A program made the position numbers and the translations under genes. The notes below the pieces were generated by a model, which saw nothing but the letters and a program-made list of their open reading frames with translations, ran no database searches and was not told the DNA's origin. From Acidobacteriota bacterium (lineage in GTDB: Bacteria; Acidobacteriota; Thermoanaerobaculia; UBA5066; Gp7-AA6), in assembly GCA_046728075.1 (NCBI GenBank), contig JBKPDV010000032.1:3790-67789 (forward strand): a stretch of 64,000 nt of DNA. The letters are read 5' to 3'. Shown here piece by piece: positions 57,202-64,000 of the stretch; the first letter of the stretch is position 1, and the number at the start of each line of letters is the position of its first letter.

Positions 57202-59894
57202 GGCCTGGATCCGGCGAGATGTTTTCCGAAGTTGAGCAAAACGTCCAAACGAGGCGTCTGGTTCGTCTCCTTCTGGCGGACGAGGACCACGAATTGCTTG
57301 CCGTCGGCGGAGACGTCGTAGATGTCGTTCCACTCGCTCGGTGCCGGCCGATCGATTTTGACGACTCGATGCGGCTCTCCGGGCGTGAAGGTCGGCTCTT
57401 CGCGAATCGGCACGGCAAAGATCTCGTCGTTCCAAACGAAGAAGAGCTCCTTGCCGTCGTGGGACCAGCGCGGCGCGGTGCCGCCCGCTCTGGAGATTTG
57501 CCATCGGCCCGCCAGACTCGGATACGCCTGAACATAAATCTGCGGCCCGGGCTCGTATTCGCCCGTGTAAGCGACCCATCGCCCGTTGGGCGAGATCATG
57601 CCTCGATGCTCGGCGCCGGGCGTCGCGATGAAGCCTCGCGCCTTGCGGTCTCCCGAGAGCGGAATGAGGAAAATGTCGGCGCGACTCGGAAGGCCGCTCA
57701 GAGTCACCAAGAGTGCGGAACCGTCGGGTGCGAAAGAGTCCTCAGTGATCGGTACGCGATAGGGGGACTTCCAGAGCACCTCGGCGGCCGCGCGGCCATC
57801 GGCGCGCTGGCGAAGAACGGCCTCTCCGGTAGGCGGCGAAAAAACGACGCTTTGGCCGTCCGGAGTCCAGCAGGGGGAAAGCGCCTGCCCGGTGGACGTC
57901 AGCTGGAAGTTGCTGGTATGAGCGAGGTCGGCAATCCAGATGTCGCTGCGCGCACCTCCTCCCGGTCCCTCCGCGTACGCCAGTTTCTGACCATCGGGAG
58001 AAAGAGAAAGACCCGTGTAGAGTCCCGGCGGGATTCCCGTCGGCTGGCGCCGGCCGCTGCGATCGATCCAGACGATTTCGTTCGACCCTTGCGCGGAGTA
58101 ACCGACGGCGTACACGAAGACTCCGTTCCTCGAGACGTCGAAGTAGGACACTCCGCTGCGCGGATCGCCGCTGACTCCTTGCAGAACCGGCACTGCCGGG
58201 CCTTGCACCTCGGCTGTCTTCGGATCGAAAGGCGCCGCGAGCACGTCGCCGCGACGAGCCAGGAGGAGACGGTCCGGCTGCGAATAACGAGCGAGGCTCG
58301 CGCCGCGATAGACGCCATGTCTCTTTCCGGTCGCAAGCGACACGGCGTCGATGCGTGAATCATCGTAGTCGCCGGGCTTGTCTTCGGTGCCGACGGTGAA
58401 GAGAACCCACTTGCCCTCGACGACCTCCGGCCACCGGTGACTGCGCTCGCGGGTGGTGGTATCGATCGTCGTCAGCGGACGCGCCTCTCCTCCCGCGGCG
58501 GGAATCCGCAGAATCGGCGAGTTCACCGTCGGAGAGAAAACGATCGACCCGTCTTCTCCCCACGCCGCGCCGCGGCTGCGAGGCACGGATGCCAGGATCA
58601 CCGGAGTGCCGCCCCGGATCGCGGTCTTCTTCAACTTGTCTCCGGCGACGAATGCCAACCACTCGCCGTCGGGAGAAAAGAAGGGGTCGGCTCCCCCCTC
58701 GGTCCCAGGCAATGGCTCCGCCGTTTCCCGTGAGAAATCTCGGACGAAGATGCGGTGCTCCTCTCCGGTCCGACCTCGAAACGCAATCCGCCGGCCGTCC
58801 GGAGAGATCGCCAGGATCTGCACCTGATCCCCGACAGTTGGATCGAGGCTGATGTTTTCCGGCAGAGCAACGGATAGGTGGATCAAGTCCTCGCCGCCGC
58901 CTGGCGAGCGCCTCTGAAGAAGAAGAATCGCGACGAGGGCAATGACGAGAGCGGCGGCGATGATCCACGGAATCCACGTCGCTCGTCTCGATCCCGCTCC
59001 TTTCACCGCCATCTTGGTTTCGGCGGATCGAGCCGGCGCGCGCAGCGACTCTTCGATTTCCAGGCGCGCGTCGGCGATGTCGTGAAGCCGGCTCTTGGGG
59101 TCGCGCTCCAGACATCGGTGGAGCAGACGCCTCACCCCGTCGGGTGTCTCCGACGGGAGCTCGCGGAAATCGATTTCCTGCCTCAGCACCGCGGCAAGCA
59201 CGTCCGAGACCGTCTCTCCCTCGAAGAGCCGACGCCCCGTCAACATCTCCCAAAGAATCACTCCGAAGGCCCAGATGTCGGCGCGCTTGTCCACTGCGCG
59301 GCCGCGAGCCTGCTCGGCGGACATGTAAGCCGCGGTGCCGATCACGATTCCCGCTTGCGTGGCCGCGGCCGTGATCGTGGGCGAAGTCGAGACGTCCGGC
59401 GAGGAACCCTCCTTGACCAGCGCCTTCGCGAGACCGAAATCGAGCACCTTGACCTGACCGTCGGGCGTGAGCTTGACGTTGGCCGGCTTCAAGTCCCGGT
59501 GCACGATTCCACGCTCGTGCGCCGCCTCGAGCGCCTCCGCGATCTGGCGCGCGATGCCGAGAGCCTCTTCGATCGGAAGCGCGCCTTTGGCCAGCCGCTC
59601 CGCGAGGGTCTCGCCTTCGACGAGTTCCAAGACGAGTGTCTCCAGGCCCTCCGACTCCTCCAGGCCGTAGATCGCGGCAATATGAGGGTGATTCAATGAA
59701 GCGAGCAGCTGCGCCTCGCGCCGAAAGCGCGCGAGCCTCTCGGCATCCGCTGCGAACGCCTCGGGGAGCACCTTGATGGCGACGTCCCGGCCGAGCCTCG
59801 GGTCCTTGGCCCGCCACACTTCGCCCATACCGCCTGTGCCGAGCGGGGAAAGGATCTCGTAAGGCCCGAGGCGGGTACCTGGCGAGAGGCTCAT
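57198..59894 (-). CDS. Ser/Thr protein kinase with TolB/PD40-like beta-propeller (subfamily D)
   Basis: It has the ATG at 59894 (MSLSPGTRLGPYEILSPLGTGGMGEVWRAKDPRLGRDVAIKVLP), HRDLKPANVKL and DFGLAKA. Its start overlaps the upstream stop (ATGA). Confidence 0.9.
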   Translation of the reverse strand: MSLSPGTRLGPYEILSPLGTGGMGEVWRAKDPRLGRDVAIKVLPEAFAADAERLARFRREAQLLASLNHPHIAAIYGLEESEGLETLVLELVEGETLAERLAKGALPIEEALGIARQIAEALEAAHERGIVHRDLKPANVKLTPDGQVKVLDFGLAKALVKEGSSPDVSTSPTITAAATQAGIVIGTAAYMSAEQARGRAVDKRADIWAFGVILWEMLTGRRLFEGETVSDVLAAVLRQEIDFRELPSETPDGVRRLLHRCLERDPKSRLHDIADARLEIEESLRAPARSAETKMAVKGAGSRRATWIPWIIAAALVIALVAILLLQRRSPGGGEDLIHLSVALPENISLDPTVGDQVQILAISPDGRRIAFRGRTGEEHRIFVRDFSRETAEPLPGTEGGADPFFSPDGEWLAFVAGDKLKKTAIRGGTPVILASVPRSRGAAWGEDGSIVFSPTVNSPILRIPAAGGEARPLTTIDTTTRERSHRWPEVVEGKWVLFTVGTEDKPGDYDDSRIDAVSLATGKRHGVYRGASLARYSQPDRLLLARRGDVLAAPFDPKTAEVQGPAVPVLQGVSGDPRSGVSYFDVSRNGVFVYAVGYSAQGSNEIVWIDRSGRRQPTGIPPGLYTGLSLSPDGQKLAYAEGPGGGARSDIWIADLAHTSNFQLTSTGQALSPCWTPDGQSVVFSPPTGEAVLRQRADGRAAAEVLWKSPYRVPITEDSFAPDGSALLVTLSGLPSRADIFLIPLSGDRKARGFIATPGAEHRGMISPNGRWVAYTGEYEPGPQIYVQAYPSLAGRWQISRAGGTAPRWSHDGKELFFVWNDEIFAVPIREEPTFTPGEPHRVVKIDRPAPSEWNDIYDVSADGKQFVVLVRQKETNQTPRLDVLLNFGKHLAGSRP

Positions 59895-62512
59895 GGGTTG
59901 GGACCGAAGAGGCGCGACGAGATCGTCGGTTTTCGCCAGGAGCCGAGGTTCTCGACGAGGTACAGCGTGTTCAGGTACTGCTGGCACGAGTAAGCGTAGG
60001 ACTTCCCGTCGGGTGTCATGGCGACGGCGCGCACGGACATGCCTGCGGTGTCGCTCGGGATGAGCTCCTTCCACAGCGTGGCGCGGCCGCTTTCGACATC
60101 GATCTTCTCGACCCTTGCCGGGATCTCGCCCAGTCGGAAAACATAGAAGCCCTTGCCGTCCGCCGCCCACTGAACGGGCACGAAGAGCCCGGCAAGGCCC
60201 GGGACCGGGCGCGGCTGCCCTCCGTCGACGGGGCAGAGCACGATCTGATTCTCGGGCGAGCGAGCAACGACCAGTCGCCCGTCCGGCGAAAGCGCGTTGC
60301 CCCCGGCGACGAGCTCGTACCCTTCCGGAGCCACGCGCCTCGGTTCATGCCCATCCGGATCGACGACGAAGATGCCGGTCTTCCCGCCTTTCGCCTGGCC
60401 CCAGACCAGAACTCTCTTGCCGTCGCGGAACCAGCTCGCCCATCGGATCGTCTCGAAGAATCCGTCGCTCACCGGTCTCGGCCCTCCGGCCGCTGTCGGC
60501 TGCGCCAGGAGCTTTCCCCGTTGGCTCGCAAGCACCCAGGCGCCGTCGGGCGAGAGGCCGTGCGCCGAGCCGTCTCCCAATCGAATCGGAGGCGAGCTGT
60601 CCCCTTTTGCGATCCAAACGCCTTGCGCGCCTTGTGAAAGGACTTCTCGAAAGACGAGCAGCCTGCCGTCTTGCGAGAGGTCGACCAGCCGCAGGTCCAT
60701 TCGGCTCACGAGAGGAGATTCGGTCTTCTGACCCGAGAGCAACCCGCGCGTCCATTCCTGCCAGTCGAAGAGGGTGATCAGGGCCCTCCCGTCCCGGGAG
60801 ACATCGTTGAGATCGGCAGTCAACGGTCCACGTTCGAGGAGGCGCTGCCGGCCCGAGAGATCCGCTGCCATAATCGGCGTCTCCTCCCCTCCCCCGGAGA
60901 TGCTTGCGGGGAACCAGATCTCTTCGCCGTCGGGTGACCACGTGGAAGCCCAGAAGTCGGGGCGAACGGGACCGACCACGGCCTTCCGGCTCTGAGAGTC
61001 AACGACCGACAGCGAGTAACCGTTGAAGGGCAGACCCTCGTAGAAGGCGATCCGATTGCCGCGGGGTGAGACGCGAGCCGACGTAATCCAGGCCGGGCTC
61101 TCATAGGCCAGTCGGCCGGGCGGATACTCCAGCCGCTGCCGCGGTCCGGCTTGCCGGACGACGGCAAGGTCCTTTCCTTCGGGATCCCAATCGGCATACC
61201 GCACTTCACGCAGGACCTCGCGAGGGGATCCGCCGGAAAGCGGCACGAGCGCGAGCGTCCCGCGGCGGAAGTAGAGGTTGTAGTCGATTTTCGGTTCGAG
61301 CAGGATGGCCATCTCACCGCGCGATGAAACCGCGAGAAGCGATGCGCTCGGCAGGGGAAGCGCCGTCGATTCGCGGCCTCCCGGGCGGGTCGAGAAGATC
61401 TTAGACGGCGCCCCGTCCCAGTCGGCGCTGTAGAGAATTGTCTGGCCGTCCGGGGCGAAGCGGGCGTTGCTGATGAAGCCGCGCCGGTAAGTGAGGCGCT
61501 GGTAAGTTGGAGAAAGGCGGCTCCTGCCGCCGGCGAACCAGGACCCTGCGAGAAGTCCGGCCGCGAGCAATGCCAGTCCGGCCGCGACGGCCATTGCCGC
61601 GCGGACCCGACGAGGCGAGTCTGTCGCCGTCACTCGCGCCCCGCCGCTCGTTGTCGGAAGACCCGACAGCGCCTCGATGGCGAAGGCGATGTCGCTCGAG
61701 GACTGGAACCTTCGCTCGGGATTCTTCTCGAGGCAGTGGCGGAGGATGCGCTCGAGGCCCGGGCTGATGTTCTCGTTGGTGACGGAGAGGTCCGGGGGCT
61801 CCTCCCTCAAAATCGCGGCCATCGTCTCGCCGGCCGAATCGGCGTGGAAAGCGCGCTTGCCCGAGAGCATCTCGTAGAAGATCGCTCCGAACGAGAAGAT
61901 GTCGCTCCTCGCGTCGGCCGGCCTGCCCTTGACCTGCTCGGGGGACATGTAGCCGAGCGTGCCCATCACGACGCCGGGCTCGGTTCCGGGCGTGACGGTC
62001 GGAAGGTTCGTCGCGCTGCCGGATTGCCCGACCTGCGTCAGCTTCGCCAATCCGAAGTCGAGGATCTTGACGCGGCCGTCCTTCGTGACGAAGAGGTTCT
62101 CGGGCTTCAAATCCCGATGGACGATTCCCTTGTCATGCGCCGCCGCGAGGCCCTGGGTGATCTGCAGCGCATAGTCGATCGCCTTGCGCGGCGAGAAGCG
62201 GCCTGCCGAAAGCTCCACGCGCAAGGTTTCGCCCTCGAGCAATTCCTGGACGACATAGGGAGCGTTGTCGTGCATCCCGATGTCGTAGACGGCGGTGATG
62301 TTGGGGTGATTGAGCGCGCCCGCCGCCTGGGCCTCCTGCTCGAAGCGCCGGAGACGATCCGGATCCGTCGAGAAGGAGACGGGCAGCACCTTGATCGCAA
62401 CGTCACGCTTCAGCCGCTCATCCCGCGCCCGATACACCTCCCCCATCCCACCTGCGCCCAGGGGACTCAGCACCTCATAAGGCCCAAGACGGCTTCCTGT
62501 CGCGATGGTCAT
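59891..62512 (-). CDS. Ser/Thr protein kinase with TolB/PD40-like beta-propeller (subfamily B)
   Basis: It has MTIATGSRLGPYEVLSPLGAGGMGEVYRARDERLKRDVAIKVLP, HRDLKPENLFV and DFGLAKLTQ. Its ATG overlaps the stop of the upstream gene (ATGA). Confidence 0.9.
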   Translation of the reverse strand: MTIATGSRLGPYEVLSPLGAGGMGEVYRARDERLKRDVAIKVLPVSFSTDPDRLRRFEQEAQAAGALNHPNITAVYDIGMHDNAPYVVQELLEGETLRVELSAGRFSPRKAIDYALQITQGLAAAHDKGIVHRDLKPENLFVTKDGRVKILDFGLAKLTQVGQSGSATNLPTVTPGTEPGVVMGTLGYMSPEQVKGRPADARSDIFSFGAIFYEMLSGKRAFHADSAGETMAAILREEPPDLSVTNENISPGLERILRHCLEKNPERRFQSSSDIAFAIEALSGLPTTSGGARVTATDSPRRVRAAMAVAAGLALLAAGLLAGSWFAGGRSRLSPTYQRLTYRRGFISNARFAPDGQTILYSADWDGAPSKIFSTRPGGRESTALPLPSASLLAVSSRGEMAILLEPKIDYNLYFRRGTLALVPLSGGSPREVLREVRYADWDPEGKDLAVVRQAGPRQRLEYPPGRLAYESPAWITSARVSPRGNRIAFYEGLPFNGYSLSVVDSQSRKAVVGPVRPDFWASTWSPDGEEIWFPASISGGGEETPIMAADLSGRQRLLERGPLTADLNDVSRDGRALITLFDWQEWTRGLLSGQKTESPLVSRMDLRLVDLSQDGRLLVFREVLSQGAQGVWIAKGDSSPPIRLGDGSAHGLSPDGAWVLASQRGKLLAQPTAAGGPRPVSDGFFETIRWASWFRDGKRVLVWGQAKGGKTGIFVVDPDGHEPRRVAPEGYELVAGGNALSPDGRLVVARSPENQIVLCPVDGGQPRPVPGLAGLFVPVQWAADGKGFYVFRLGEIPARVEKIDVESGRATLWKELIPSDTAGMSVRAVAMTPDGKSYAYSCQQYLNTLYLVENLGSWRKPTISSRLFGPNP

Positions 62513-64000
62513 GAGGGTGCCGGGGGATCGGCTTGCGCCGGTGAGGGCACGTCCAGGCCCGCCTTGCGCCAGCCGTCAATCACTCGCGCCACGTACTGCG
62601 GCTCCCACCATTTCTCGATATCGCTGGTTGCGGTAGCGGCGAAGTCGGGCCGCAGTTTTAGCAGATCCCTCAAGGCTTTCTTGGCCGCCTCAACTTCTCC
62701 GAGCTGACCGCAGGCAGCGGCAATCATCGCGAGCGAACCCCAGTGGCCGGGCAGATTGGCTTTGAGCACGAAACTGAGTGCGCCGCGGTCGTCGCCCTGG
62801 CGGTACGCGTTGTAGAGGTCGGCATACCAGTACCATCCGGGATGACTGGGATTGAGCTGCTTGGCGCGCCCCGCCAGCGCGAGGCCACGCTCCCACTCGC
62901 CCGCATAGGTCAGAAGCTCGCCGAGAAAAGCGAGGGAGTTGCCGTCCATGGGGTTGAGTGCAACGGCCCGCTCCGCGGCATTTCGAAAACTCTGGAAATC
63001 CTTCTGGAAGAAGAGCGCCTGTGCCAGGCTGAAATAGGCGAGATGATTGGATGGCCCCGCCTCGACGGCACGCCGTGCGGCGGCTAACCCGCTCGCCAGG
63101 GAGTCCACCCGAAGTTTGAATCCCTGGCCATGATCCTGGACGCACATCAGCGCGAGCATCGCCCAGGCATCGGCAGAGCCCGGTGCCTTCTGCACCGCCA
63201 ACTCCAGGCCAGAACGCGCCGCGGTGAGTTCCTCGGCGGTGACCCGCTCGAAGTAGCCGAAGGACCGCAGCACGGCATCATAGGGGCTTAGCTGCTCGGG
63301 CGCCCGGCTGCGCAACTCCGCGCTCATGCTCCGAGGCAGAATCCCGTGGACGTCCGCCACCGTCGAGACAATCCGCGGAACCAGGTCGTCCTGAAGCTCG
63401 AACACCGCTTCCGGGCTGAAGGCGCGCTCGTAGTTCTCGGCCCAGAGATGGGCACCGGAAACGGCATCCACGAGCTGCACCCCCAGGCGCAGCTTCGTCC
63501 CGGCCTGCCGCAAGCTGCCTTCCATCACGTAGCGCGCGCCGAGTTCCTTGCCGATCGCCCGCACGTCCCCCGACTCGCTGGAATACTTCGCAGTCGAACC
63601 CCGGGCAATCACTCGGAGGTACGAAAAGCGCGACAGGCCAGTGACGATTTCTTCGGATAGGCCATCTGCCAGTCCTTTCAGCTCCGCGTTTGCGCCCGCG
63701 ACGTTGAATGGCAGCACCGCGACCCAGAATCCCTCGTCGGCGCGAACCGCTCCCGAGGCCTCGTGTGAGTAAGGGCCTGCTGGCGCTGGCGCGGCCGCGG
63801 GACCTGCTGCTCCCTCTTCTTCGGCAATCTCCAGTCCCGCCTTGCGGAGACCGTCGATATTGTGTTCGGCGAATGCCAGGTCGTGAAACCATCTCCCAAG
63901 TTCTTCGCGCGCCGTTTTGGCAAAGTCGGGCCGGATCGCAAGCACCTCTTGCAGTGCCTTCCGGGCCTCCTCGCGCATGCCAAGCTGCCCGTAAGCCGCC
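62509..64000 (-). CDS. Kinase-less TolB_N + TPR modular protein, internally duplicated (5' end outside window)
   Basis: It has 'FWVAVLPFNVAGANAELKGLADGLSEEIVTGLSRFSYLRVIARG' followed by TPRs. Residues at the window edge (YGQLGMREEARKALQEVLAIRPDFAKTAREELGRWFHDLAF...) repeat the protein's own C-terminus (CGQLGEVEAAKKALRDLLKLRPDFAATATSDIEKWWEPQYV...). The frame is open to nt 64000. Confidence 0.7.
   Translation of the reverse strand, partial: AAYGQLGMREEARKALQEVLAIRPDFAKTAREELGRWFHDLAFAEHNIDGLRKAGLEIAEEEGAAGPAAAPAPAGPYSHEASGAVRADEGFWVAVLPFNVAGANAELKGLADGLSEEIVTGLSRFSYLRVIARGSTAKYSSESGDVRAIGKELGARYVMEGSLRQAGTKLRLGVQLVDAVSGAHLWAENYERAFSPEAVFELQDDLVPRIVSTVADVHGILPRSMSAELRSRAPEQLSPYDAVLRSFGYFERVTAEELTAARSGLELAVQKAPGSADAWAMLALMCVQDHGQGFKLRVDSLASGLAAARRAVEAGPSNHLAYFSLAQALFFQKDFQSFRNAAERAVALNPMDGNSLAFLGELLTYAGEWERGLALAGRAKQLNPSHPGWYWYADLYNAYRQGDDRGALSFVLKANLPGHWGSLAMIAAACGQLGEVEAAKKALRDLLKLRPDFAATATSDIEKWWEPQYVARVIDGWRKAGLDVPSPAQADPPAPS

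Noticed and set aside
1-64000. CRISPR arrays, tRNA/rRNA genes, transposases/integrases
   Set aside because: There are no regularly spaced direct repeats. There is no cloverleaf-like sequence in the intergenic regions I inspected (11479-11819, 46003-46217, 5302-5602). There are no DDE or tyrosine-recombinase motifs among the ORFs.

Overview
This is a high-GC (~68%) window from what looks like an Acidobacteria-type genome. The main evidence is an ADOP-family permease paired with a PadR regulator, together with an unusually high density of Hanks-type Ser/Thr kinases carrying periplasmic sensor domains. Most ORFs on the supplied track that overlap other genes are GC-rich antisense artefacts. The real gene set I can support is listed below.

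- **Housekeeping and metabolism.** A C-terminal aminotransferase fragment, a GT-C membrane glycosyltransferase, and a methionine-aminotransferase-like gene paired with an omega-amidase-like CN-hydrolase. There are also trxB, an MFS transporter, a D-aminoacylase, two VOC/glyoxalase genes and an AraC regulator.
- **Sugar uptake.** A xylose ABC transporter in the order xylG-xylH-xylF, with no xylA/xylB in the window.
- **Secreted glycan-related proteins.** A minus-strand run of DUF885, a BNR/Asp-box sortilin-like protein, a TPR-like protein and a GH127-like hydrolase ends in a receptor kinase.
- **Kinases.** Ten eSTK genes fall into about four kinase-domain subfamilies. Each is fused to either a TolB/PD40-like beta-propeller or a TolB_N+TPR ectodomain. 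They include tandem paralogs, mosaic 5' ends, ATGA/GTGA overlaps and two short in-frame remnants of kinase N-termini (GxGxxG loop) upstream of full kinase genes. A conserved 'ATCGGGTGAAGTGAAG-ATG' leader precedes several paralogs.
- **Other elements.** Low-GC inverted-repeat elements sit in the aminotransferase/trxB divergent region and around a possible 44-aa hydrophobic peptide ORF. A palindrome overlaps the PadR start codon. There is a sigma70-like promoter upstream of a secreted GlcG/HbpS-like gene.

I found no rRNA, tRNA, CRISPR array, transposase or integrase.
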